Source of the DNA: Fibrobacteria bacterium
GTDB taxonomy: Bacteria > Fibrobacterota > Fibrobacteria > UBA11236
Direction of reading: 5' to 3'
Assembly: GCA_043745805.1 (NCBI GenBank)
Contig: JAYTSD010000044.1
Coordinates: forward strand, 30,280-94,279
Length of the DNA stretch: 64,000 nt
The notes below the pieces were generated by a model. That model saw only the letters and a program-made list of their open reading frames with translations. It was not told where the DNA came from and ran no database searches. This document shows positions 17,822-28,994 of this stretch, piece by piece. The translations under genes were made by a program, and so were the position numbers. Numbering within the stretch: position 1 is the stretch's first letter; every line of letters begins with the position of its first letter.

Positions 17822-18160
17822 GAGGGTATCCTTTTGAAGAGTCTGAAGATTTTGCAGCGGCGATAAATTCTCACTGCCACTTAATCAAGGTACAGGCAAA
17901 ATATTTCAAACTGATTTATACCATGATCTTATTTTGCTTCAATTAAATTGAGTATCGATGTCTTTTTATCCAACTCTATCCTACACGCGGGTTTGGTGGT
18001 GGAAGCCAATCAGGAGTGCGCTCTGGCACATCTTGTTTGCACCTAGCAGACAATCCACAAAAGTGGATAGATAAATTGAGCTTCAGGCTTTAAGCATTTT
18101 TGTAAAAGTTTAAAGCTGTTTATTTATTGCTAACTCCGAAAATACCATAGTAACTTCGGC

Positions 18161-19456
18161 TTAATTCATCTTTTTGATTTCTACTAAATGATACGTTAAG
18201 GTTTGCATATTCTGAGACATAGAGGTTGCATCCCAGTTAACATTTCCTTCAGTACCTACAATTTGTTTACGCTGAAAACCGTCGAAAATGGCTTTGCGTT
18301 CATAATTTTGCAAACTTAATGAACCATTTCCTTTATCTTGCACAAAGAAAATCACCGGTACTTCCGGCGGTGCTAAAGTTTGATCTGTGGGATAAGAATT
18401 TGCATTGGCTGCCACTACATTATCACCCATTAAGTACAATTCCAATCGCATTCCATAAGTACCTTTAGCCCAAGCTTGATCAATAGGTACAGAAAATTCA
18501 TAGATTTCCCGCATGACATCTTCGCCTTGACGATATGGAATAGCCGTTGCTTTTAAAAATGGCACATGAATATAGGCCGATGAATCTGTATTCATAATAT
18601 CACTACTAACACTACTATTGCTTTTATCATCTTTACCTGCATACAGCAAATCTTTAGGATTGAATACCAATAAAACATTCCATTTTCCCGATGGCACAAA
18701 TTTTATAATTAGAGCGCCTGTCGAATCGCGTCCAACGGTATCGGGAATGGTGGTAGAACTATCCAAGTCCGCGGGTGTTAAATGCAAAGGTTTTAAAAAA
18801 CGAAACCAAGTCCCTCCATTATTTTTACGGATCACTGCGTCTTCGGAAGGACCTTGTAATAAAGATTTGGAGGGTTCTGTGATATAATATGCATTATCCT
18901 TGCTATTGGGATAAAAGTGCGAAGTAATGGGACCATCATGAGAAAATACCGTGTCGCCATTGGCTAAAGGAATTGTGGAACGTACACGTAAAAAAGGCGA
19001 CCAATTAACGACTACCCAATTATAATCACCCGTATCCTTGAGAGTAAAAGGATTACTAGTAGCAATGCGTTCGAGGCTAGCCGCTTTACAAAAATCAATA
19101 TAATGAGAAGCCCAAGCAGGATTGCGTGCGGTACTTGAATCTAATTTATTATAATCACCTATATCCTGAGAAAAAAGGGATAATGATCCCGATATATTAG
19201 ACCATCCGCTGCCATTAGTAGTGAGATCTTTTGCCAAGGAAATATCCGAAACGGCTACTTGGAAACTTTCAACACCTGAAATGCCACTAGGTGCTACTTT
19301 GGCTAAGGAATGATTACCGCCATTAATAGAAGGAATTAATTGTATGCGACCCGCTGAACTGCTGCGGGATTCATTTCCCGTACTTGAATTGAAACAGCCG
19401 TTAAAGTCAAATACGAAAACACATCCTATTAATACAAATCCCCATCGGTTCAGCAT
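18161..19456 (-). CDS. Hypothetical lipoprotein
   Basis: 431-aa ORF, lipobox FNGC, SLAKVA motif. Confidence 0.75.
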   Translation of the reverse strand: MLNRWGFVLIGCVFVFDFNGCFNSSTGNESRSSSAGRIQLIPSINGGNHSLAKVAPSGISGVESFQVAVSDISLAKDLTTNGSGWSNISGSLSLFSQDIGDYNKLDSSTARNPAWASHYIDFCKAASLERIATSNPFTLKDTGDYNWVVVNWSPFLRVRSTIPLANGDTVFSHDGPITSHFYPNSKDNAYYITEPSKSLLQGPSEDAVIRKNNGGTWFRFLKPLHLTPADLDSSTTIPDTVGRDSTGALIIKFVPSGKWNVLLVFNPKDLLYAGKDDKSNSSVSSDIMNTDSSAYIHVPFLKATAIPYRQGEDVMREIYEFSVPIDQAWAKGTYGMRLELYLMGDNVVAANANSYPTDQTLAPPEVPVIFFVQDKGNGSLSLQNYERKAIFDGFQRKQIVGTEGNVNWDATSMSQNMQTLTYHLVEIKKMN

Positions 19457-19542
19457 AAAAACCTCTTTGCATGTATACAGGAGATATTACGGGATGGTGT
19501 AAAAAAAGGAAACAAATATTTTTCCTTGGAAATTTTTATGAT

Positions 19543-19577
19543 AGCGCGAATAGCATGCAAATTATGCTATTCGCGCT
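19543..19577. repeat. Perfect 14-bp inverted repeat
   Basis: AGCGCGAATAGCAT-7 nt-ATGCTATTCGCGCT. Confidence 0.8.
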
Positions 19578-19680
19578 GATCTTATTGGGACGGATCTGTT
19601 AAGCCAAGGACTTCATTTTCGATTTTAGGGGTATTCGCTACGTTAACAGGTAAGGAATCTGGGATTCGTTCTCGCAGTTA

Positions 19681-19721
19681 TTAATTGGTAGAGACGCGGG
19701 GCAACCGTCTCTACCAATTAA
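19681..19721. repeat. REP-like palindrome (GTAG type), possibly also a terminator
   Basis: TTAATTGGTAGAGACG-9 nt-CGTCTCTACCAATTAA, perfect 16-bp arms. Confidence 0.7.
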
Positions 19722-19738
19722 ACACTAATACCTTCAGG

Positions 19739-20628
19739 TTATTTTTTCTTCTTTGGTTTCGGTATATCTAATTTCTTTATCGCTTTGTCAAAATCACTTT
19801 CAATAAGCTTATCTTGAATGATTCTGTATTTCTCAAATTCCTTTTCTGCCAATACTAAAGCTACTTCATGGGTTACCGTTCCTGCATTTTTCAAAACGGC
19901 CTCTTCGTTGAACTGCAGAAATGCATCCAGCTTTTTTACCCAATCTTTCATATACATTATCACACCTTTGTTTGCCTGATTCTCTGCATAATCAAGATAC
20001 ATGGTTACGATGCGGTTTGTCCTGTAATTGCCCAATGCAATTTATTTTGAACCGTTGCAAAAAATATTTTTGTAATATCATTATCGCCGCTGTAATCGGC
20101 ACTGCATTCCGAATAGATGTCGGTTATTTTCTGATAAAATCTTCTTTCACTGCTGCGTATATTACGAATTCGTGCAAGCTGTTCTTCAAAATAATCTTTA
20201 CCAAAAATATTGTTTGGGTTTTTCAGCCTTTTATCATCCATCGTGAAACCCTTGATGATGTACTCTTTCAATCGTTCCGTTGCCCAAATGCGGAAAGCTG
20301 TTGCTTGTGAGCTGTTTACTCTATACCCAACAGAAATAATTGCATCCAAATTATAGAACTGTGTGGAGTAGATTTTTCCATCTGCGGCAGTATGTTCCAA
20401 AATGGAAACAACTGAAATTTCCCGTAATTCGCCTGTTTCAAAAATATTTTTCAGATGCTTGTTAATGGCTGGTCGCTGCACTCCAAACAAATCAGCGATT
20501 TTTTGTTGTGTAAGCCAGACAGTTTCATTTTGTAAATAAATTTCCACTTTCACATTGCAATTTGGTGTTGTGTAAAGCAGTATTTCATTGAACCCTTCTT
20601 TGGGCGTAACGTCTTTCTTTTTTGTCAT
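19739..20628 (-). pseudogene. rhuM: RhuM-family protein, split by an internal deletion and frameshift
   Basis: N-part: ETVWLTQQKIADLFGV, FYNLDAIISVGYRVNS, FRIWAT..LKEYIIKGF, RSSERRFYQKITDIY, QNKLHWAI. C-part in another frame: NRIVTMYLDYAENQA. The intervening conserved segment (GLT...AKNYL) is missing. Confidence 0.85.
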
Positions 20629-20789
20629 TACTTATTTTTTCTTTCCATACGCAAAATGTTTGGTCAATTTATTCAGAAATAGGTTTAGTCACCCTTTTGA
20701 ATCGCTTTTTTCAATTCATTTTCAAATTTTGATACTCTCATATTAATCCATTTCAAAAATTGTGAATAAATAAATGGAAGAACCTAGGT

Positions 20790-20951
20790 TAAACTTCCCC
20801 CTCTTGTTAAAGTAGACTACTTTCTGTCTGCTAAACCGAGGGAAGTTCAAACTGCTTCTTCTTTAAATTCCGATGTATAACGTTTCCCTTGCATACTTCC
20901 TCCTTGGTGTAAAATAGACTTTCTTTTGTCTACTATAACGGGGGAAGTTCA
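20790..20951 (-). mobile_element. IS3-family remnant: left end with truncated orfA plus an adjacent 60-bp two-IR mini-element
   Basis: IR TGAACTTCCCCCGTTATAGTAGACA (20951-20927), RBS AAGGAGG, ORF MQGKRYTSEFKEEAV* (20894-20847), then related IRs at 20849-20825 and inverted at 20790-20817. Confidence 0.8.
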
Positions 20952-21144
20952 TGATTTATTTAAAAATACCTATTGTGAAATATCCCTATTCCAAACACTA
21001 ATTAAATTCCCAAAATAAATCTTCATACATTTTGCTTACAAAGCAAAAAGTTAATGGTGACTATCGTAACATAAAAAAGGGAAAATCCGCGGAATTTAAA
21101 GGCTTTTTACTCTCCAGCAAAGAGCAACAGAAGAAGTAGTATAA

Positions 21145-23535
21145 TCAATTACTAATCAACCATTTTTTCAGCAGTCCAAACTCCTTACTATTTGCCATAA
21201 TTTCCCGCCATTGTTTATCCATTTCTTTTTTTGCCGTATACGAAAGCGTCCAACCCAATGGTAATGGGATTTCGCGTTCTTCCAAAACAAACTCCAGATA
21301 ATGAATTTCTGGATCACCGCCTTCCGCTGCTTCTTCAGAAAACTTCTCCACTAAATTTTTTATTGCAGCTTGTGAATATGTTCCACGTGATTCGCGAGTA
21401 TTTAATAAAGTGAATGCTGGAGATAATAATTCATTTAAAACCTTATTTGCTGGAACTTCAGTAAAAGTTTTTTTCTGCTGAAAGCGTATCAATATTACTA
21501 TCGGATAAATTCTTTCCCAAATTTCATCATTCCCTTTTTGTTGTGCTTCTTTAATTCCCGACAAAACATCATACAAGGAAGCTGCACCCGAATTTTCGAA
21601 ATACCCACCATCCACAATATGACCAAAAACCTTATATGCTTTTTTTAAAGTATCATCGGAGTTAACAAGAGTATGCATCAAAGTGCCGGCAGGACTCACA
21701 TAAGTGAAGCGCGCGCTTAAATGCACCGCCGTACTTAAACGCAAAGGATGATCCGCAATCTCCTCCACATCAATAGCATCGGGGAAATCTTGAGGGATTA
21801 ATTTTAAATTGCTCGCCAAAGCGCGTTTACCCGTTTCCACCCAAGTTCCATTTAATAATAAAGCAGGAATTTCATTGGCCGTATCCTTTGCCCAAATTTG
21901 CTGTAAAGGTTGTGCAAAAAAATCGCTATGCACTATTCTTCTCCAAGCTATTTCCCAAGAATCTTCTAAGGCACGTGCTCTATCAAAATAAGGAATAGGC
22001 AAAGGCAATAGACGCTGAATTAAATCGGGATATAGCATATAAGCTAATGAAGTGGAGAGATAATCTTCACCCAACATCGCGCGTGAGCAAGCCAATAAAT
22101 TGGTTTTTATTCTTCCATCATAGTCTTCACATTGCCGAATTGAGTCAGGATATTGTTGTTTATCGGCAAGCAAAGCAGCAAACACCGAAGAACCTAAACT
22201 TCCACCCGATACACCACTTAATGCTAAAGTATGTTTGGAGAAATCCGATAAACTATCTTGAATACCACTTAATACTGACGCGGTCCAATAAGCCGCACGA
22301 ATTCCACCCCCCTCTGCAGCCACTAAAAATACCGGAACTTTTTCATGAGCGGGTTTGTTTTTTATTAGTCCAGTTAACCAATTTCGCAAATATTTATCTA
22401 AGATCTTATCATCTGCTTTGGTTATTTTTTCAAGCGTTTTGATTTCGCGTATCGCATGATTATCATTGAAATAGCCAAACAAAATAGACGCAATGAATGC
22501 CAATGTTAACAAAGGAAATCCTGAGCGCAAGCCCAAAAAAACTAACACGGTTCCGCAACCCATTAAGGTAGCTGCTCCAAAAATCAATATGGTAGCTGAT
22601 CCTAAAAATGGAGGCAAGCCACTGCAAAAAAGTATGGTCAGAAAAAACAAAGCATGCGCCGTTAACAAAATGGAAATAAATATTTTTGTAGAAGGCGACC
22701 AATCTTTAAATTTTGTATTCCCTTTCATTTCGGTAGGGACAAAAAAGTTTTTTCTCACCTCTTCATTTTTTTGGCTGTTTTCTGGAGATTTATTCTTTTC
22801 TATCAATATTTTTCGCCAATGAATTGCCCAATGAAAACCAAAAGCCATCCATAATATCACTAGAGCCATTTGATTTAAATGATGCCAAGGATAATATGCA
22901 TTATAGGCAAAACAGTGACATATACACAAATAAATTAAAGTGTAAACTGTGGCTAAGGCTCCAATAAATTTATGCATCCAATCCGGTTTAAAAAAATAAA
23001 TAATGAATAAAGGCGTACTAAAAATCCAAAAATAGAGGTTAAGTTGCGAAGGACTTATTTTAACAAAATACGAATAAGAGGATAAATGCAAAGCCATAGC
23101 CACGGCGATAAAGGCAGATGCTCCTAAAAATCGTGGAATGCCATGACTCCATTTATCGCCTAAATGTTCTTCTTCAACAAATACATCCAATAATACACGA
23201 CTAAAATACCAACCATTTACTGCCCATAGACCAACTGAAAAGGCGAAGCAAAAGAGTTTAAAAAAAAGCCGCGTACAAAATTTTTCATGCTCACCTAAAT
23301 TTCGTAAAGTCTCTTGTCCTTGCGGTACCATCAATAAAACAAAAGCCACTACTATAATTATTAATACACTAAAACGAGTAAGAAAAATATCTTTCCCTAA
23401 TTTTTGCGCATTGTCCAAAATAAACATGAAGGGATTTTTTACAAAGCGAATAAGGAATATAAAAGCCCCAATAAATATTATGCAAAGCGCAAATGATATT
23501 CCATTGGACAAATAAGGATTAGGGTTCGCTTCCAT
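21145..23535 (-). CDS. Multi-TM membrane protein with a C-terminal patatin-like phospholipase domain
   Basis: About 10 hydrophobic segments, then AEGGGIRA, SGVSGGS (GxSxG) and VDGGYFENSG. Confidence 0.85.
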   Translation of the reverse strand: MEANPNPYLSNGISFALCIIFIGAFIFLIRFVKNPFMFILDNAQKLGKDIFLTRFSVLIIIVVAFVLLMVPQGQETLRNLGEHEKFCTRLFFKLFCFAFSVGLWAVNGWYFSRVLLDVFVEEEHLGDKWSHGIPRFLGASAFIAVAMALHLSSYSYFVKISPSQLNLYFWIFSTPLFIIYFFKPDWMHKFIGALATVYTLIYLCICHCFAYNAYYPWHHLNQMALVILWMAFGFHWAIHWRKILIEKNKSPENSQKNEEVRKNFFVPTEMKGNTKFKDWSPSTKIFISILLTAHALFFLTILFCSGLPPFLGSATILIFGAATLMGCGTVLVFLGLRSGFPLLTLAFIASILFGYFNDNHAIREIKTLEKITKADDKILDKYLRNWLTGLIKNKPAHEKVPVFLVAAEGGGIRAAYWTASVLSGIQDSLSDFSKHTLALSGVSGGSLGSSVFAALLADKQQYPDSIRQCEDYDGRIKTNLLACSRAMLGEDYLSTSLAYMLYPDLIQRLLPLPIPYFDRARALEDSWEIAWRRIVHSDFFAQPLQQIWAKDTANEIPALLLNGTWVETGKRALASNLKLIPQDFPDAIDVEEIADHPLRLSTAVHLSARFTYVSPAGTLMHTLVNSDDTLKKAYKVFGHIVDGGYFENSGAASLYDVLSGIKEAQQKGNDEIWERIYPIVILIRFQQKKTFTEVPANKVLNELLSPAFTLLNTRESRGTYSQAAIKNLVEKFSEEAAEGGDPEIHYLEFVLEEREIPLPLGWTLSYTAKKEMDKQWREIMANSKEFGLLKKWLISN

Positions 23536-23573
23536 TTATACTCCTGGCTAATCAGGAATAGTAGCAGAATTTT

Positions 23574-24014
23574 TTAGGGTGCGGAAGTATTACTCTTAGA
23601 TACTTCTAAATGGATGATTTGATAAATCGGTGGTTTATAGGGTAATTCATTGCCTTTTGTAAAAAACACACATAGGTCATGCTTGCCTTCACTTAAATTC
23701 AATACTGTATCCATTTGTCCTTCATCAAAATGCAGATGCAAATTGTCTCTAAGAACAACTTCATTGGGACTAGGTAAGGCTGCATCTATAATTAAAACTA
23801 TATGCCCATGACCTTGCATTACCCCATGAATAACCGGCTCTATAATTAAATTTTCACTTTTTAATTCCACATTAAAGGGACTATTTACTTTTACTCCCTC
23901 CATTAAATTTCCAAAATAAACTTTTCCTTTAGGCTTTTCCCCACATCCTAACAACAAAACAATTGCCATAACCCATGTTTTCAACATTTTATCCTTAGTT
24001 TTGTGATTTCCCAT
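23574..24014 (-). CDS. DUF4399-like lipoprotein
   Basis: LLLGC lipobox; VYF..L..G..V.SPF.V, GHGHIVLIID, LHFDEGQ..TVLNLSEGKHDL; true start probably the later Met. Confidence 0.65.
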   Translation of the reverse strand: MGNHKTKDKMLKTWVMAIVLLLGCGEKPKGKVYFGNLMEGVKVNSPFNVELKSENLIIEPVIHGVMQGHGHIVLIIDAALPSPNEVVLRDNLHLHFDEGQMDTVLNLSEGKHDLCVFFTKGNELPYKPPIYQIIHLEVSKSNTSAP

Positions 24015-24335
24015 TATAACCTTCTAAGATTTTCAATATCTATCGACATTTTTCTGGGGATAGATATTTTTTAACATTTAATTTTAAAATTTATAGGGTC
24101 TCAGTGTGGGTGTGCATTGAAAAATACTTTTCAACATCTATTGTGTTCAACCTATATGCAAAAGTTTTGCTTTATCCCTATTTTAAAAACAATCCCTAAA
24201 TTGTTATAAGTCCAGTAATTTTAAGCACCTAGACAAAAAAAAACCACTTTTCCTTATCTCTCAACAACCCTAATACTAATCCTTATTTGATCTATAAAAT
24301 GGATATATAGTAATTATGGTTTATAGATTTTTGAA

Positions 24336-25229
24336 TTATTTATACAAAGAAAATTTACTAGAATATTTGATTTGTTTTAATTTTGCCAATGCCTTTTCTT
24401 TTATTTGACGAACTCTTTCTCTTGTTAAATTTAATCTGAATCCGACTTCATCTAAGGTTAATTGCACTTCAGTTCCTAATCCAAAATATAGTTTTAACAC
24501 ATTACTTTCTCTTTCGGTAATAGAAGTGAGCGCATTTTCAATTTCTGATTTTAAATTCTTTTCTATAAGAATAAATTCAGGATTTCTTTGTTGGTCATCA
24601 TGTATACTGTTTATCCATTTTGAATTTTCTTCAGGTATGGAATTTTCTAATGACTTGCAAGGATTTTTTATTTCCTCGTAATTTAATATTTCCTTTAATT
24701 CTAATTCTGTATGCAAAGTAATTTCTTCAAGAGTTGGATTCCTTCCAAATTTTTGTTCTAAGTGGATTATTGAATTTTTTATTTTTTGAAGAATATTTAT
24801 TTTATAAACTGGAATTTTAATAGTTCTGGATTGTTCCGCTAAGGCCATTATTATTGATTGTTTAATCCACCAAACAGCATAGGTTATAAATTTATAATTT
24901 TGAGATTCGTCATAGTTTTTCGCTGCGCGAATTAAACCAATATTTCCTTCATTAATTAAATCTGAAAGGTTTAATCCTTGGTTTTGATAATTTCGACTAA
25001 CGGATACTACGAATTTTAAATTACTTAGTATGAGTTTATTTAATGCTTGTGAATTATTTTCTCGAATAAGAGGCATCAACTCTTTTTCTTCTGCAATGCT
25101 TAATATTTTATGATTGGATATTTCTTTAAAGTAAAGATATAACTGAGAATCACCGTTATAGTTTTTATAAAGTCTTTGTGATTCTTTATTTTGGATTATG
25201 GAAACATCTACAAAATTCTTGATGACCAA
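24336..25229 (-). CDS. Sigma-70 family (RpoD/RpoS-like) sigma factor without region 1.1
   Basis: SNLKFVVSVSRNY, DLINEGNIGLIRAA, KFITYAVWWIKQ, LTRERVRQIKEKAL. Confidence 0.92.
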   Translation of the reverse strand: MVIKNFVDVSIIQNKESQRLYKNYNGDSQLYLYFKEISNHKILSIAEEKELMPLIRENNSQALNKLILSNLKFVVSVSRNYQNQGLNLSDLINEGNIGLIRAAKNYDESQNYKFITYAVWWIKQSIIMALAEQSRTIKIPVYKINILQKIKNSIIHLEQKFGRNPTLEEITLHTELELKEILNYEEIKNPCKSLENSIPEENSKWINSIHDDQQRNPEFILIEKNLKSEIENALTSITERESNVLKLYFGLGTEVQLTLDEVGFRLNLTRERVRQIKEKALAKLKQIKYSSKFSLYK

Positions 25230-25287
25230 AGTTTCTCCTTGGTAATTAAAGGTTTTATAGTTGGATGATTTCCTTAATTTTTTTGTC

Positions 25288-26259
25288 TCAAGCGTTTATT
25301 GATTTAAGCACTAAGGCTATAATTTTCTCGACATCTATATTTTCTGCTTCCGCTTGGAAGTTCAATAATATGCGATGATTTAATGTTGGTTTTAAAATGG
25401 AAAGAATATCTTTTTCAGTAGGAATAGGTCTGCCCGCTAATAATGCTTTTGCTTTTGCTGCGAGAATTAAAAACTGAACAGCTCTAGGGCCAGCGCCCCA
25501 TTTCACATAATTTTTTATTTCTTTAATTTCATTGTCTTTTTCTGGACGGGTAGCACGAACAACTTTTACTGCAAATTCATAAATATGTTCAGGAACAGTC
25601 ATAGCCAAAACTTTTTCTTGTAAGGCTAAGATATTTTCTCTTTCCAACATGGGAATAATGAATTCATTAGTTGTTTGCGTAGTCTTTTTTACAATGGCTA
25701 ATTCTTCTTCATAGCTTGGATAATCTATTTGAATAGAAAATATAAAGCGATCTAATTGAGCTTCAGGAAGGGGATAGGTGCCTTCTTGTTCAATGGGATT
25801 CTGTGTGGCTAAAACCATAAAAGGTTCTTGTAATTTTTCAGTTCGGCCAAAAATAGTTACAATCTTCTCTTGCATAGCTTGCAACAATGCCGCTTGCGTT
25901 TTGGGCGGCGTACGATTTATTTCATCAGCCAATAAAATATTGGTAAAAATAGGGCCATGAATAAAATTCAATTCTCTTTTGCCGGTACTTTTGTTTTCCT
26001 GTAAAATTTCCGTTCCTAAAATATCGGAAGGCATTAAATCGGGAGTAAATTGAATACGATTAAAATTTAAATGTAAAGCTTGGGAAAAAGCATTCACCAT
26101 AGATGTTTTAGCTAAGCCTGGTGGACCAATTAGTAAAACGTGAGCTTTGCATAAAAGGGCGATCACCATTTTTTCAATAGTTGATTCTTGGCCAACAATA
26201 ACTTTGGCTATTTCTTTTTTTAAGCGGCTATAATGTTGAGGTATTTCTTCAATTTCCAT
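25288..26259 (-). CDS. moxR: MoxR-family AAA+ ATPase
   Basis: [55 protein letters not shown]. Confidence 0.92.
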   Translation of the reverse strand: MEIEEIPQHYSRLKKEIAKVIVGQESTIEKMVIALLCKAHVLLIGPPGLAKTSMVNAFSQALHLNFNRIQFTPDLMPSDILGTEILQENKSTGKRELNFIHGPIFTNILLADEINRTPPKTQAALLQAMQEKIVTIFGRTEKLQEPFMVLATQNPIEQEGTYPLPEAQLDRFIFSIQIDYPSYEEELAIVKKTTQTTNEFIIPMLERENILALQEKVLAMTVPEHIYEFAVKVVRATRPEKDNEIKEIKNYVKWGAGPRAVQFLILAAKAKALLAGRPIPTEKDILSILKPTLNHRILLNFQAEAENIDVEKIIALVLKSINA

Positions 26260-26314
26260 ATTTGTACATCAGGCTATGGAAGAAAGCTATAAATTTTAAA
26301 TTGAGAATTGCGTT

Positions 26315-26710
26315 TTATGCGCCGTATTTTTCGTAAACTCTTTCGCGCGATAAGGCTCGTGAAAGAGAACGTTGTGCTCTTGCTACATCCACTTCTTGAT
26401 GTGATTGAATCCGTCCTAAGGCTCTTTCTTTCGCCGCTTTGGCTCGTTTCAAATCTATTTCTGAAGGGGTTTCTGCGGCTTCGGCTAATACAATAGCTTT
26501 ATTCGCATTAAATTCTAAAAAACCACCGGATAAATGAAATAGTGTGTCGGTTTGACCATTGCGTATACGTAAAATACCTGGAATCAAACTGGAAAGAATG
26601 GGTGCGTGATTTTTATAAATTTCAAAATTACCATCCTTGCCTGGTGCAAGGATAGAATCTACTTCGCCATCATAGGCTTTCTTTTCAGGAGTTAAAACCT
26701 GGATTTGCAT
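26315..26710 (-). CDS. atpC: F1F0 ATP synthase epsilon subunit
   Basis: VLTPE, G.FEI..NHAP, SGGFLE, LAEAAE; last gene of the atp operon. Confidence 0.95.
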   Translation of the reverse strand: MQIQVLTPEKKAYDGEVDSILAPGKDGNFEIYKNHAPILSSLIPGILRIRNGQTDTLFHLSGGFLEFNANKAIVLAEAAETPSEIDLKRAKAAKERALGRIQSHQEVDVARAQRSLSRALSRERVYEKYGA

Positions 26711-26712
26711 GG

Positions 26713-28119
<1,407 letters not shown>

Positions 28120-28134
28120 TTAAATACTCCTGCT

Positions 28135-28983
28135 TTATCCGTTGAGTGCTTCAGCACCCGAAACAATTTCGATGAGTTCTTTGGTAATTGAGGCTTGGCG
28201 TGCACGATTCATAATCAAGGTCAAACGCGAAATCATATCCTTGGTATTTTTAGTAGCACTGTCCATTGAAGCCATACGGGCACTATGTTCGCCCACTGCA
28301 TTTTCTAATAAGCTGCGAAATAATTGTATGGTAACAATTTGTGGTAATAAATCGCTAAACACTTCGGCAATATTGGGCTCCACAATATAATTGGCGGCTG
28401 CATTATTTTTCTTTTTGTCTTGCTTAGGGAAAGGCAAAACTTGCACTAAGGTTGGCGTTTGGCTTAATACCGAATTGAATTTATTAAAAACAACAAAAAC
28501 CTTATCCACTTTGCCCGAAGTATAATCGCTAATAATTTGGGCACCTAAAGTGTTAGCATTCGATAGGCTGGGCATATTAGTTGACTCGGCTTTACCAATA
28601 GGTAAACTATTGCGTACAATAAATTCTTTGGCGCGACGACCAATGCCATGGCATTCTATCGACTTGCCCTTTTCATACTGACGAGCAAAGAATTTTAAAA
28701 GATTATTATTAAAGCCACCGCAAAGTCCGCGATCCGAAGTGAGTACATAGTATGCCGTATGTTTTACTTCACGTGCTTCCATGAGCGGATGATCAAAATC
28801 TTCCATGGCTCCAGAAATGCGTTCCAGCAAATCCAACATTTTTTCATAATACGGCTTGGTGCGTGAATAAGCGTTCTGCGCCTTTTTCAATTTCGCGGCC
28901 GAAACCATTTTCATGGCGGACGTGATCTTGCTCGTATTTTTGAGCGACTTAATGCGCAGACGGAGTTCTTTAATCGTTGCCAT
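28135..28983 (-). CDS. atpG: ATP synthase gamma subunit
   Basis: KITSAMKMV, SDRGLCGGFN, RQASITKELIEIVSGA. Confidence 0.98.
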   Translation of the reverse strand: MATIKELRLRIKSLKNTSKITSAMKMVSAAKLKKAQNAYSRTKPYYEKMLDLLERISGAMEDFDHPLMEAREVKHTAYYVLTSDRGLCGGFNNNLLKFFARQYEKGKSIECHGIGRRAKEFIVRNSLPIGKAESTNMPSLSNANTLGAQIISDYTSGKVDKVFVVFNKFNSVLSQTPTLVQVLPFPKQDKKKNNAAANYIVEPNIAEVFSDLLPQIVTIQLFRSLLENAVGEHSARMASMDSATKNTKDMISRLTLIMNRARQASITKELIEIVSGAEALNG

Positions 28984-28994
28984 AATTTATTTGC

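Noticed and set aside
17960-18080. Slightly GC-rich intergenic stretch upstream of the PhoX-like gene, possible riboswitch
   Set aside because: I could not match it to any riboswitch consensus or a convincing fold; it needs an Rfam scan
20005-20035. Programmed frameshift in rhuM
   Set aside because: No slippery site, and conserved residues are missing, so a deletion explains it better
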